A stretch of DNA of 56,400 nt, taken from IMG/VR virus record IMGVR_UViG_3300037488_002133, positions 1 through 56,400 of that record. One strand, given 5' to 3'. A program made the position numbers and the translations under genes. Origin of the DNA: a virus (taxonomy: Duplodnaviria > Caudoviricetes). Positions 10,033 through 20,061 of this stretch are shown one piece after another; position 1 is the first letter of the stretch, and every line of letters begins with the position of its first letter. A model generated the notes under the pieces. The model made no database searches and was not told the DNA's origin. It saw only the letters and a program-made list of their open reading frames with translations.

Positions 10033-11919
10033 ATGCCCACGCTTCAAGAACTCGAAGGTGCGTTCATAAAAGCTGATGACGCAGGCAATGCCGAAGACGC
10101 GAAAGCTTTTGCGGACGAGATTCGTCGCCTCAAAAGCCAGACTCCGACTCCCGCAGTTGCTACTGCATCCAAGCCGTACTCAGGTACTCGATACGACATA
10201 GCTGGTGTCCCTCAAGTGCGGGCGGAGTCTCCCGGTTCCTTGGACATGTTGCGAGAGATGGCTACGAGTGCCGGTGGCGCTACTGCCGGTCAAATGATTG
10301 GAACTGCCATTCTTCCCGGCGTCGGAACATCTATCGGTGGTGCCATCGGCGGTGGAGCATCCAATCTCGTCAATCAGCTCCAACGGATGGCCGCAGATCC
10401 GGACTACAAATTCCAGTACGGGGAATTAGCCGCAGACGTTGGAACGGGCGCGATCCCCGGTGCGCCCATGGCTGCTGCCGTTGGTAAAGCGGGCCTTAAA
10501 GCCGCCGCAAAAGAGGGTGTAAAACAAGGGTTGGGGGCTTTTGCGGGCGCTGAAACTCAGTCTATCATAGATAAGGGAAAAGTGTTGAGCCCCACAGAAT
10601 CTCTCACCGCTTTTGGCCTTGGTGGAGTAGGCGGCGTTGCGGGGCAACAGATTCAAGCGCGATCCGCGCCGATGCAGGCAGCGGTTCGAGATCAAATGGC
10701 TGGTCGGTCAATCCGCAGCAAAACCGCAGACGCAGGTGCGGAGCTTGGCCTCAAAGCCCCTCCAGCCGACATCGAAAAAGTAGCCGAGGGTGGCGTTGGT
10801 TTTGGCACCAAGCAGTTGTCCAGCGCGGCTGGTGCAGACGCCTTGAGATTCGAGACTCAACTGCAAAACCAAAAAGCCGTGAACCGAGCGGTGAAGGATG
10901 AGCTGAAGCTCCCCAAAGACACTGAGGTCGACATCAACACCCTTCGCGGCATTCGCGATACCGCTGGTGAGACCTATTCCGAAGTAGGGCAAATCGGTGC
11001 AAAAGGGAAAAAGGATCTGGCGGATATCAAATTCTTTCAAGACCGGTACACTCGGAGTTCAAATCCGATGGAGCGAGCCCAGCTAGAAGATGAGTTTGAG
11101 GCCGCGTTCAGGACTACAAAAAACCGAGCTGACATTGAGTCGATGGCCGACGTGGAACAATTGCGTAGTTTGCGGGCAGAGTCCCGAAAACAGCGCGATC
11201 TGTACTACTCTTCGGAAGGCAAGAATCCGGAAGCCCTTCAAAAATCTCTAGCGGCCCGCGAGCAGGCTCAGGCTCTTGAATTGGCTATTGAGGATGCCGT
11301 TACCAGAGCTGGAAAACCGGAGTTGGCTGCGAAGCTTCGGAAGGCTCGGGAGACCATCGCAAAAAGCTACGATGCTGAAGATGCGCTTAATCTGGGAACC
11401 GGAGATTTCGACGCCCGAGTTTTTGGCCGCAAACTGGATCAGGGAAAACCGCTGACTGGAAATTTCGAGACTATTGGGAAATTCCAGCAGGCTTTCAAAT
11501 CTTCGTTCGGAGACATCACGACTAAAAGTGCCCCCGGAGTAAGCAAGCTGGGGCTTCTCGGACGAGTCGTAACAAGTGGCACCGTTTACGGCGGAACCCA
11601 GAGCGTCCCACTGGCTGTAGCTGCCGCAGTAGCGCCCGAGGTGGCTGGAGAGGCATCTCGCCGGTATCTGTTGTCCAGTGGACGGCAGGCTGCGTCATTG
11701 GAGAGGCTTCGCCCCAAGATCACGCGGACTGCTCCCATTGCGTCGGTAGGCGCACGTATGGTCGGTCAAGAGGCCGGTGAGGCGGGGGCTGAATCGGCTC
11801 CTATCACCCGATCTGCGGTGGATTACCTGATCGCCAATCCCGGTACCGCCAAAGCTTTCGACGAGAAGTATGGTGCAGGGCTCTCAAGTCGGTTCCTAAA
11901 GGCCAACACGAAAAAGTAA
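10033..11919 (+). CDS. Putative internal virion/ejection protein
   Basis: 628 aa with glycine-rich hydrophobic segments; operon position. Confidence 0.55.
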   Translation: MPTLQELEGAFIKADDAGNAEDAKAFADEIRRLKSQTPTPAVATASKPYSGTRYDIAGVPQVRAESPGSLDMLREMATSAGGATAGQMIGTAILPGVGTSIGGAIGGGASNLVNQLQRMAADPDYKFQYGELAADVGTGAIPGAPMAAAVGKAGLKAAAKEGVKQGLGAFAGAETQSIIDKGKVLSPTESLTAFGLGGVGGVAGQQIQARSAPMQAAVRDQMAGRSIRSKTADAGAELGLKAPPADIEKVAEGGVGFGTKQLSSAAGADALRFETQLQNQKAVNRAVKDELKLPKDTEVDINTLRGIRDTAGETYSEVGQIGAKGKKDLADIKFFQDRYTRSSNPMERAQLEDEFEAAFRTTKNRADIESMADVEQLRSLRAESRKQRDLYYSSEGKNPEALQKSLAAREQAQALELAIEDAVTRAGKPELAAKLRKARETIAKSYDAEDALNLGTGDFDARVFGRKLDQGKPLTGNFETIGKFQQAFKSSFGDITTKSAPGVSKLGLLGRVVTSGTVYGGTQSVPLAVAAAVAPEVAGEASRRYLLSSGRQAASLERLRPKITRTAPIASVGARMVGQEAGEAGAESAPITRSAVDYLIANPGTAKAFDEKYGAGLSSRFLKANTKK

Positions 11920-11920
11920 C

Positions 11921-14900
11921 ATGGCAAATATCTACGATCAATTCGACGCACAGTCTGAAGTCAAAGATCTGGCCACCAGTTTTGGCGTGGGCTCCAATCA
12001 GTTGCTGAAGATGGCTGGGGACGTGTACGGGCTCGCGACCGGCAACATGGATAACGTCGTGTCGAGGCAAGGGCAGGAAAACATCGACTACCTCCAGCGG
12101 GGGAAATCCCAAAAACTTATTGATTCTGAAACGAGGCGTAAAGCAGCGGTCGACATGGAGGAAGGCACCCTCAACCAAGCTCTGGCCTACGTCCGAGAGA
12201 CGTTCACCGATCCGCGTCTGTTCCTCTCCACCACTGCGGAAGCCGCCCCATCGTTGGTCGGTGCCGGTGGTATTGGTGCCGGTGCCCGCGTTGCTACTGG
12301 AAAAGTGCTCGCTAAAGTCGGGGCGGAGAAAGCCGCTGAAACTGCCACTAAAGTCGGTGTCGGAACCGCTGTAGCCGCCGGTGCAGGTATGCAGGGCACT
12401 TCTGTGGGTGCGGACCAATATAAAGAAATAGTCGAGCTCCTGAGCAACATGCCTGAAGATCAGGCTCTGAAAGTCCCTCAAATTGTACAATTGGTAGTCG
12501 AAAAAAATGCCACTTTGGAGGAAGCCAAGACGGCTCTCGCACTGGACTTGGCTCGATCTACAGGAGCTTTGTCGGCATTGGCCTCGATAGGTACTCAAAT
12601 GCTGCCCGGAGGCCGCACGATTGAAAAAGCCCTTGTCGGTGGGGCAGGTAAAAAAATCGCAGGAGCTGCTCTTACCCGTGCGGGCGTGGGCGCTATTGGC
12701 GAAGGTCTTCAAGAGTCGCTTGAAGAGGGTTCCGGAGCAGGAGTGAAAAACTTGCTGGCTCGGGCCGTTGATCCGGAGCGCGAGATCACCAAGGGTGTGG
12801 GAGAAGCCATGGGTGCGGGCTTTGCTGGAGCTGGACCCATCGGTGCCGCAGCGGGGGCTGCATCACGTCCTTCGCGTCCGGTGCTGGCGAGTGAAACTAC
12901 GGCGGGCATGTCTAGCGAGCCACTGGCATCGGACGCGATCCCCCAAGAAACTCGTACATCTACTACGGATACGCCTGATTTGAGCCTTGAAGGGGCAGGA
13001 GAGATGAACACCCGAGAAGTTGGATCGGTGCTCAGTGCTCGTGAATCTGCGGCCCGTGGGTTTACTCCCGATCCTTCTGATATCGCGACCGCAGAGAATG
13101 TCCGTCGCCCCCAGATCGAAGTATCTGAAGAAGCGGCGAAAGCGGCGAATGCGCCCGTTCAAGAAGCTCTCGACGAATGGCGCACTCAAAATCCCGATGT
13201 GGGAGTTAACATCACCGTCATTAACGATCCGAATATGCGGAACACCCGCAACTACGGGATTCGCGGGTACTTCGATCCGAACACTGGAGAAGTGGTCATC
13301 AACTCCGCGTTCACCAAACCTTTCGAGGTCGAGTCGGTCGTCAACCACGAGTGGTCTCACCACACCCTGTCGTCGGAAGAGGGTCGGGCGGCACTGGTTG
13401 AGTTTGCGACCCGAGACATCCCCCAAGAGGAGCTCGCCGCCCTCGCCAAACGCTATCCCAACGCTGACAATCTGACGTTGGTCGAAGAATGGATTGCCCG
13501 TAATCAGGAAAAATCTCCCGGCACTTTTGCACGCATCATCGCCAAGATCCGCGAGTGGTTGAACGGCAAGCTTGGCATCAACATGAGCAACGAGGAGGTT
13601 GCGCGGGTCATGCTGCGTACGCTTCGCGAGCGTGGTGCTCCGGTCGCCGAGGGAAGCGGAGAAATGCGCCAGAGCACGACCGAACAGCCGTTGGCGAACG
13701 ATGCGACCTCCAGATCTTCCGGTATCATGGCCAGCCCCAGCATCACCGACATCGATTATTCCCGCGCCAGACAAAATCTCACTTCCAGTGCTCAGGCACG
13801 GTTCCGTTCTCAGGTTAAAGATTACGCCCCAGACGCGGTTATTTACAACGCGGTGGGCGATTGGAAGGACGGCGCGGAGAACTCGGTAGCCGCGATCTTC
13901 GACACTGCGATGCCCACAGCGGATTTGGAGCAACTTGCCGCCAAGGCGGGACTGGCGGGGGACCAAAAGGCGGTGCTCTGGTGGACGACCGACCCAAATG
14001 GGGCAGACGCGATCCACCGAGTTACTTGGCCCAAAGACGTTACGATGGATCAGGCGCGTCAGGCGATGATTGATGCAGGACTGGAAAACCGAACGCTTAT
14101 CGAGACCCCCGATGGCGTACAGGGTTTTGTGTTTGACCAAGGGCAACAAAATCTTAATAAGATTTCTAACTTACATGAAAACTCAACAGAACCTTCTATC
14201 AACACCCAGCCAGCAACCGGCAACTTCCTCGGATCTAGCTGGGACAACACCAAGTCTCCCCGAGCCGAAGCCAAGCGGGCCTATCGGGCCGTACTGGGAC
14301 GGGCTGAGAAAACTGAAACGGGTGACCGTGGGGGGCAGTCTGACCAGCGGACTGGTGTTCAGCCAGAAGTCGAGCCCGAGCGGTCGAGCGTCCTAGCCAA
14401 GCAGCCGATCCGCGAGAGCGTGACCGAAGAGCCCATTTCCGAAGGGTCTGGATCAAAACCCTCCGATGCCCTGAAGCTCCTCTCCGCCGACGACAGGGAG
14501 AGCATCGTCGAGGCCGCGCAATTCCTTGCCAGAAACGCGGGAGATGACGCACTTGCAACTCGCCTTAATTCGGTCAAGGACGTGCTCCGTTTGCAGGGTG
14601 AGGAGGGTCTCGAAAAGGCTGGTGACGCGGCTGGGCTCGTGTTGAAGACGGTCATTGACAACGCCAAGGCACCTGCTCAGAAGTTGACCAATGCAACAGA
14701 AACGGACATCGCCAATAGACTTGGAAGAAATCGGACGGACGCGGGCGAAAAGTTGGACGCCAGAGATGTTCAAAAGCGTAGTAAAAAGCTGGAGCACACC
14801 GTCCCCGACGAAGTCATCGACCTTGTCCACTACTCGTCGAACGGCGACCTCGCCACGGTCGATCCAGCGAGTCTTGGAAAAGGAGTAGCTACGCGCAACG

Positions 14901-17428
14901 ATAGGCGCGGCCTGCTGAAATCGTTCTACTTTGTGCGGGGCTCGCCTTTGAGCGGCGACCGCAACCTCGTTAGCGGCGCGGGCAAGACAGTCTATGAGGC
15001 TAAGGTTGCCAGTGACCGTATCTACGACGCCAATACGGATGCCCTCGGATATTGGGGGATCATAAACAGGTACGATGCAGATCAGATGTTGGTGAAGCAG
15101 GGTTACGCGGGGTTAGGCGTCACGGGTGACGACGGGCGTCAAACCGTCACCATGTATGAGCCCCTCGCCGTCAATAATACTGGTCAGAGTGGCGACGAGA
15201 TGCGGGCAGGAGAGGGTAGAGAAATGCGATCTAAAAAGCCGATCCGCGAGAGCGTGACGGACGAGCCCGTGGGACAGACGAAAAAGCAGACCGAGTCCCC
15301 AGAGTTTGAAAAGTGGTTTGAGGTTTCCAAGGTAGTCAACGAAGATGGCACACCCAAGGTGATGTTCCACTCTACTACCGCTGGCGACGTTCTTACTGCG
15401 TTCAAACGTAACCCCAAGGACGTTGGGTTTCACTTTGGGACTGCCGGACAGGCCGAGGATCGGTTTAACTTAAAGTTGGAAAGAGATCCGTATGGTCCAA
15501 ACCTGCGTGGGGTTAGTCACGCCACCATCCCTGTTTTCCTTAGAATAAACCGCCCGCTCCGCATGAATGATCTTGGAAGCTGGTCTGGGGATAACATTTT
15601 CTACGCACTCAAAGACAATCCGGAGTTTAAGGGCAAGCTATTCCAAAATTCGACCAGTGCTGAAGCTCGGGACGCGATTAAAGCTGCCGGGTATGACGGC
15701 ATTGTGTACGCCAACACCGGAGAGTCTGAAGGAGCTTCGGTGTATCGAAAGGCTCAGGACGAGGCATGGGCGGATTATCAATCCACAGATTGGTATCGAG
15801 CTCAACAGGCCAAGCGTAGACCATCCGACCGGTTTCCATCCGAGGAGATGAACGCATTGCCGGAATATCAAGCCTACAAGAAGGCTTCAGAGGCTGAGAA
15901 AGCTTTCCGAGAGTCAAACCCACAAGACAGCTACATCGCGTTTGACCCCAACCAAGTTAAATCTGCCACCGGCAACACCGGCGCGTTCGACCGGAATAAA
16001 AAAGATATCCGTTTCAGCGTGACCGATAAACCGGTTGGCGAGACGGCGTTGGAAGACGCTAAAACGCTCACGTTCAAGAACCAGATCGAGGTCTCGAAAT
16101 ACCTCGGCGATCTGCTGAAGAAGGAATTTCCGAATGGTCTTGATGGGCGCTCATCAGAGGACCGAGCCAATCTCGCAGACATGTTCGACCGAGAGCTGTC
16201 TCTGGCACTGACCATCCCAGAAAACGCGGACGCAATCGGATGGTACAGTCGGGAGATGCAAAAGGTCTTTGAGGTGCTGCGCTCGCCCGAGCTGGACTAC
16301 AAGCTGGACGATCCAACCAATCGCGGAATTTTCAACGCGATTCTCGCAGTGACGTCGAACGGACAAAAGGTCGTACCTCAATTCCTGAAGACGGCTCAAC
16401 TGTACGAAAAATGGTTGAAGACCGGCAAGATTCCGCCAGTCGGAAAATGGGGCGGCGAACGTAACTCGGCGATCAAGGGGCACCTCAAGTTTCTGAACCA
16501 ATTGATCGAAGCCGTCGGCCCCGAACAGACTGTCGGTTTCCTGACCTCAGAGCAATCGCTGGGTGACCATCTCACCAACCTTTACGGCATGGTGGCCGAG
16601 GCGCAAAACCTGCCTGCGGAAGCTAGTGTCGCCGATCAAAAGGCTGCGGTGAAGAAGTACCTGAAGACCACGATGCCTTCGGGCGAGCTGGTCGACTACA
16701 ACACTGTAGGCGCGGCGGTGCTCGGCCCGAAACTGGGTGGCGGGTTCTTCGCCAATCTGTATGGCAAATTCGACCGCCTGACCATGGACCGTTGGTTCAT
16801 GCGGACGTTTCACCGACTCACTGGTCGTCTGGGTCTTCAGCGCACTGACACGATTGCTGGTGTGTTGCAGGAGGCGCGATCCGAAGCTGCCGACGTTTTG
16901 CCGGAAGACGTATCAGACGAAGAAATCCTGCAAGAGATCAACACCACTGGAAAACAGGCTTTCAAGAACTACAAGAGCATCCAGAACCGGCTGAAAGAAA
17001 ACCCCGACGACACCGAGGCTCTATCTCAGGACTTGATGCGCCGTCTGTACAACCGCTACACCAAGGCTCGGAGCGGTTTGTTCGACGCGCCCGACAACGG
17101 GGGGCATCGCAATTTCATTCGCGACGTGGTTAACGACGTGCAGAAACTGCGGGCCGAACGTGGCGAAGAGCCCATCGACACTTCCGACATTCAGGCGATC
17201 CTGTGGTATCTGGAGAAGGACATTTGGAACCAGCTCCGCAAGAAAACCGAAGTTGACGAGGTCGCAGACGCAGACGCGCAAGCCGACGAAGAGGATGGCG
17301 ACACCGAGGACACTGCTGGCCGAGTTAGTTACTCCGACGGTGCGCGAGAACTGTATCGACAGAAGACTGGCCGCGAGTTTCAGTTTCAAAATGAGCCCGC
17401 AAAAAAACAAGTACTCGGAAAGGAATGA
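11921..17428 (+). CDS. Large polyvalent virion-injected protein (zincin-like HExxH, ADP-ribosyltransferase-like and other modules)
   Basis: NHEWSHH motif; SPEFEKWF..SKVVNEDGTPKVMFHST and FDPNQVKSATGNTGAFD resemble the ART-PolyVal domain; C-terminal GWYS..LAVTS..TMDRW..QAILW module. Confidence 0.7.
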   Translation: MANIYDQFDAQSEVKDLATSFGVGSNQLLKMAGDVYGLATGNMDNVVSRQGQENIDYLQRGKSQKLIDSETRRKAAVDMEEGTLNQALAYVRETFTDPRLFLSTTAEAAPSLVGAGGIGAGARVATGKVLAKVGAEKAAETATKVGVGTAVAAGAGMQGTSVGADQYKEIVELLSNMPEDQALKVPQIVQLVVEKNATLEEAKTALALDLARSTGALSALASIGTQMLPGGRTIEKALVGGAGKKIAGAALTRAGVGAIGEGLQESLEEGSGAGVKNLLARAVDPEREITKGVGEAMGAGFAGAGPIGAAAGAASRPSRPVLASETTAGMSSEPLASDAIPQETRTSTTDTPDLSLEGAGEMNTREVGSVLSARESAARGFTPDPSDIATAENVRRPQIEVSEEAAKAANAPVQEALDEWRTQNPDVGVNITVINDPNMRNTRNYGIRGYFDPNTGEVVINSAFTKPFEVESVVNHEWSHHTLSSEEGRAALVEFATRDIPQEELAALAKRYPNADNLTLVEEWIARNQEKSPGTFARIIAKIREWLNGKLGINMSNEEVARVMLRTLRERGAPVAEGSGEMRQSTTEQPLANDATSRSSGIMASPSITDIDYSRARQNLTSSAQARFRSQVKDYAPDAVIYNAVGDWKDGAENSVAAIFDTAMPTADLEQLAAKAGLAGDQKAVLWWTTDPNGADAIHRVTWPKDVTMDQARQAMIDAGLENRTLIETPDGVQGFVFDQGQQNLNKISNLHENSTEPSINTQPATGNFLGSSWDNTKSPRAEAKRAYRAVLGRAEKTETGDRGGQSDQRTGVQPEVEPERSSVLAKQPIRESVTEEPISEGSGSKPSDALKLLSADDRESIVEAAQFLARNAGDDALATRLNSVKDVLRLQGEEGLEKAGDAAGLVLKTVIDNAKAPAQKLTNATETDIANRLGRNRTDAGEKLDARDVQKRSKKLEHTVPDEVIDLVHYSSNGDLATVDPASLGKGVATRNDRRGLLKSFYFVRGSPLSGDRNLVSGAGKTVYEAKVASDRIYDANTDALGYWGIINRYDADQMLVKQGYAGLGVTGDDGRQTVTMYEPLAVNNTGQSGDEMRAGEGREMRSKKPIRESVTDEPVGQTKKQTESPEFEKWFEVSKVVNEDGTPKVMFHSTTAGDVLTAFKRNPKDVGFHFGTAGQAEDRFNLKLERDPYGPNLRGVSHATIPVFLRINRPLRMNDLGSWSGDNIFYALKDNPEFKGKLFQNSTSAEARDAIKAAGYDGIVYANTGESEGASVYRKAQDEAWADYQSTDWYRAQQAKRRPSDRFPSEEMNALPEYQAYKKASEAEKAFRESNPQDSYIAFDPNQVKSATGNTGAFDRNKKDIRFSVTDKPVGETALEDAKTLTFKNQIEVSKYLGDLLKKEFPNGLDGRSSEDRANLADMFDRELSLALTIPENADAIGWYSREMQKVFEVLRSPELDYKLDDPTNRGIFNAILAVTSNGQKVVPQFLKTAQLYEKWLKTGKIPPVGKWGGERNSAIKGHLKFLNQLIEAVGPEQTVGFLTSEQSLGDHLTNLYGMVAEAQNLPAEASVADQKAAVKKYLKTTMPSGELVDYNTVGAAVLGPKLGGGFFANLYGKFDRLTMDRWFMRTFHRLTGRLGLQRTDTIAGVLQEARSEAADVLPEDVSDEEILQEINTTGKQAFKNYKSIQNRLKENPDDTEALSQDLMRRLYNRYTKARSGLFDAPDNGGHRNFIRDVVNDVQKLRAERGEEPIDTSDIQAILWYLEKDIWNQLRKKTEVDEVADADAQADEEDGDTEDTAGRVSYSDGARELYRQKTGREFQFQNEPAKKQVLGKE
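14175..14396 (+). CDS. Candidate nested +1-frame ORF (73 aa) inside the polyvalent gene
   Basis: ATG preceded by TTGACC (14133) and a perfect operator palindrome (14149-14165); stops just before a module linker repeat. Confidence 0.4.
   Translation: MKTQQNLLSTPSQQPATSSDLAGTTPSLPEPKPSGPIGPYWDGLRKLKRVTVGGSLTSGLVFSQKSSPSGRAS
14691..14888 (+). CDS. Candidate nested +1-frame ORF (65 aa) inside the polyvalent gene
   Basis: TTGACA at 14655, 36 nt before the ATG, same geometry as other putative leaderless promoters here. Confidence 0.35.
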   Translation: MQQKRTSPIDLEEIGRTRAKSWTPEMFKSVVKSWSTPSPTKSSTLSTTRRTATSPRSIQRVLEKE

Positions 17429-17618
17429 TTCCGCGCTGGGCCAACCGCCCGCGCTGGGGGAGGCTTACGCCAAGGCGTTGGACATGCTTCCCCCCGAGCG
17501 GCGTAAGGTCTGGGCAAACAAGATCGCTCAATCTGAGCAGCCCAACAGGGCTAAGACGCGCCCTCTGGCAGCTCGCCGCATGTCCGGCAAAGGCAGCTCC
17601 TCGTTGCTCTCTCGCTAG
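17391..17618 (+). CDS. Small protein (75 aa) overlapping the 3' end of the polyvalent gene
   Basis: MSPQKNKY..; TCGACA 35 nt upstream; fills the gap to the convergent methyltransferase. Confidence 0.5.
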   Translation: MSPQKNKYSERNDSALGQPPALGEAYAKALDMLPPERRKVWANKIAQSEQPNRAKTRPLAARRMSGKGSSSLLSR

Positions 17619-18160
17619 CCCTTGGTGATGCCCCATTGACGCTTCCCATAGACCGCCACTCGGTCTTTGCCGAAGATCTCTTCGACTGCCTGAACCACTC
17701 CGGGCCACGCGGGCTCGAAATCGTCGCCCCCGATCATTCCACCGTTACGGATTCTTGGATACCAGTGGACGATGTCTTGGGCGACGTTCCAATAGTCGTG
17801 TGATGCGTCGATGAATACAAAGTCCAGCGAGTTGGGCTCGTACAGTCGGGACGCTTCTACCGACGTCATTTCGTGGACGTAACCGATCACGGACTTGACC
17901 GGATCGACGTTCCGCAAGAACTCCGCCTTTAACGCCGTCGAATCGACCGTCCCATGCTCGGTTGAACCTTGGAAGGTGTCCACGACGTCGAGTTTGATGT
18001 CTTTCCCACTGTTGAGGATTTCGACACCCATGAACGACGTTGACCGGCCCTTCCAGCAGCCGACCTCAACAAACCGAGCATTGTTGTATCGTAACACCGC
18101 TTCTCGGTAGAGTGGTCCGTACTCGAACCACCCCTCAACCGACGTGTAGTAATGCTTCAA
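17615..18160 (-). CDS. Class I SAM-dependent methyltransferase (Methyltransf_24-like)
   Basis: VEVGCWKGRS, VDTFQG, FVFIDASHDY, GGDD motifs. Confidence 0.88.
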   Translation of the reverse strand: MKHYYTSVEGWFEYGPLYREAVLRYNNARFVEVGCWKGRSTSFMGVEILNSGKDIKLDVVDTFQGSTEHGTVDSTALKAEFLRNVDPVKSVIGYVHEMTSVEASRLYEPNSLDFVFIDASHDYWNVAQDIVHWYPRIRNGGMIGGDDFEPAWPGVVQAVEEIFGKDRVAVYGKRQWGITKG

Positions 18161-19350
18161 GGGATTCGATGGCTTTCGGAGGTGTACCAGCCCTTGCGGT
18201 CGATGTCCGATACCTGCTTGAACGCTCGATCATAGAGCTTGGCACAAGCTTCGAGCGAATACCGCTCCCGAGTGATCGACGCAACCTTGGCTCGGTCGAG
18301 GTGCTTGCTGGCTTCAATCCCAGCGATCCAATCGCCAAGAGTGTTGCAGCGATATCCGGTGACTCCCTCGATCACGGTGGACGTAAACGCCCCGTAATCG
18401 ACCGAAAGGAGCGGAGTCCCACAGATCATGGCTTCAACGCCCGATCCTGCGAACGGCTCAATGAAATTGGTCGGCATCAGCATGCAACGCGCGTTGCCGA
18501 TAAGGTCTGAACGAGCCCGACCATGAACCGGACCGACGTACTCGATGTTGAGACAGTGGTCTTCGGGTTTGGGGTCTGAAAGTACGTGCCTCATTACCTC
18601 GTGATCGAAATTTCCCTGACCGGCAAAAACGAACCGAGGCGGAACTTCGCCAGTCTTCTTGCAGCGGTTCGCTAGCTCCCGTATCATCGCGGCAATTACA
18701 GTCATGCCTTTCTCTGGCGTGATTCGACCCATGTAGACGACGTAGTCGCCCTTGCCGGTGCCTACGGTCCAGTCGTCGAGGTCGAAATAATTTGGCACGA
18801 CCCACGAATAGTAGCGGTTGATCCCCTTGTCGTCCCGAGGAACGGAGCCATCATGGTCCCAACGCCCCCAGTGGTAGTGACGCCACGTCTCGGACTCGTA
18901 AATGCGCCAGCAATTGAACGGCTTGTCGGAGTAGCCGATGCCAGACTCAACATGGTGAGCGTGTGGGAAGTGGGTCACCAGTGACTCATGGGCACGACCA
19001 AACGGGTGGAGAATGAAGTCCCCCTTTTTGACCCGCTTGGACAGTTCAACGATCAACCGATTGTTGAACGCTGGCCAGCCACGGTCCCCGATCACGGCAT
19101 GGTTGCCGTGAAACTCCGTCTTGTCTTTGCGGGGGTAGAAGTGGGCAAATTCCTCGGCACTGAGGAGGTGTACCATTTCCGAGGCGTCGGGAACGTCGCT
19201 GCCCTCGTTGGTGTAGACGACCGTTTTCCATCCGAGGGGCTTCATCATCTTGGCCCATCGGCGGCACTTTCCGCTAAAGGCACAGTGAGAGTAGTCATCC
19301 GTCAAAAGCGTGTGAAAACACGCGACCATGTGAAAGGTGGGCAAGTCCAT
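18157..19350 (-). CDS. Glycosyltransferase, GT-B (family 4-like)
   Basis: YMGRITPEKG and EPFAGSGVEAMICGTP (E-x7-E) motifs. Confidence 0.9.
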   Translation of the reverse strand: MDLPTFHMVACFHTLLTDDYSHCAFSGKCRRWAKMMKPLGWKTVVYTNEGSDVPDASEMVHLLSAEEFAHFYPRKDKTEFHGNHAVIGDRGWPAFNNRLIVELSKRVKKGDFILHPFGRAHESLVTHFPHAHHVESGIGYSDKPFNCWRIYESETWRHYHWGRWDHDGSVPRDDKGINRYYSWVVPNYFDLDDWTVGTGKGDYVVYMGRITPEKGMTVIAAMIRELANRCKKTGEVPPRFVFAGQGNFDHEVMRHVLSDPKPEDHCLNIEYVGPVHGRARSDLIGNARCMLMPTNFIEPFAGSGVEAMICGTPLLSVDYGAFTSTVIEGVTGYRCNTLGDWIAGIEASKHLDRAKVASITRERYSLEACAKLYDRAFKQVSDIDRKGWYTSESHRIP

Positions 19351-19360
19351 TCTCTGAGGG

Positions 19361-19385
19361 GTGTCTTGTTAAGATTTCACGTCAA
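19361..19385 (-). promoter_or_regulatory. Putative leaderless promoter (-35 TTGACG) overlapping an operator copy
   Basis: TTGACG 35 nt upstream of ATG 19350; GTGTCTT-GTT-AAGATTT at 19361-19377. Confidence 0.45.
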
Positions 19386-19432
19386 GTCTATACTTGTCAG
19401 GGTAGGGGATCGAATTTAACTGTCTGTCATAA

Positions 19433-19870
19433 ATGAGCCTTACCGAGATCCTATTTAATGCCGCCAGCGGTGGTGTAGTGGGTTCGCTGTTACACTTGGG
19501 CACAAGTTTCTTTGAAACTTGGCGCAAGCGTAAGGATGCCGAGGTGGAAATCATGCTGCTCAACGCAAAGCTTCAAGCAGCAGAGAAAGAGGCGGCATGG
19601 ACTGCATTCACCGCATCGCAAAAAACAGGCGACAACACCCTCGTAATTCCTGTTGGGACGTGGCCATGGGTCGGCTCCATTTACGTTTTGGTCGACGCCT
19701 TTCGCCAAATGACGCGTCCCGGTTTGACGTGGGCTGGGTTCATTTTCTTGACCACGGTTTACTTCTCATCGTCTCCTGAAGTTCGCGCTACGATGTCACC
19801 AGAGATTCAATTCGGGTCTTGGACATTGATTTTCTGGTGGGTCGGCGCGAGGTACAACAAATCCAAATGA
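19433..19870 (+). CDS. Holin-like membrane protein
   Basis: Hydrophobic segments; FRQMTRPGLT..FWWVGAR pattern of 3TM-holin-like proteins. Confidence 0.55.
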   Translation: MSLTEILFNAASGGVVGSLLHLGTSFFETWRKRKDAEVEIMLLNAKLQAAEKEAAWTAFTASQKTGDNTLVIPVGTWPWVGSIYVLVDAFRQMTRPGLTWAGFIFLTTVYFSSSPEVRATMSPEIQFGSWTLIFWWVGARYNKSK

Positions 19871-20061
19871 CCCCCGACAACGCCAAAGCCCTGCTCACCG
19901 CCGCAACGCCAGCCGCTGCAATGTTGAGCCTATCACAAATCAACGAGGTCGCAGGGCTTGTCGGCACTCTCCTCGGCATTGCCTTTCTCCTATGGCGGTG
20001 GCGCAAGCAATGGAAGGCCGGACACGTCAAAAACTCCGAAGAGCGGATGCACCAAGATTAA
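19867..20061 (+). CDS. Small membrane protein (possible holin)
   Basis: ATGA overlap with upstream stop; TM segment VAGLVGTLLGIAFLLW followed by a basic tail. Confidence 0.55.
   Translation: MTPDNAKALLTAATPAAAMLSLSQINEVAGLVGTLLGIAFLLWRWRKQWKAGHVKNSEERMHQD

Noticed and set aside
17425-17628. 67-aa ORF after the polyvalent gene
   Set aside because: Arg/Trp/Pro-rich off-frame composition; 17391-17618 is the more protein-like alternative, though the ATGA overlap means it is not fully excluded
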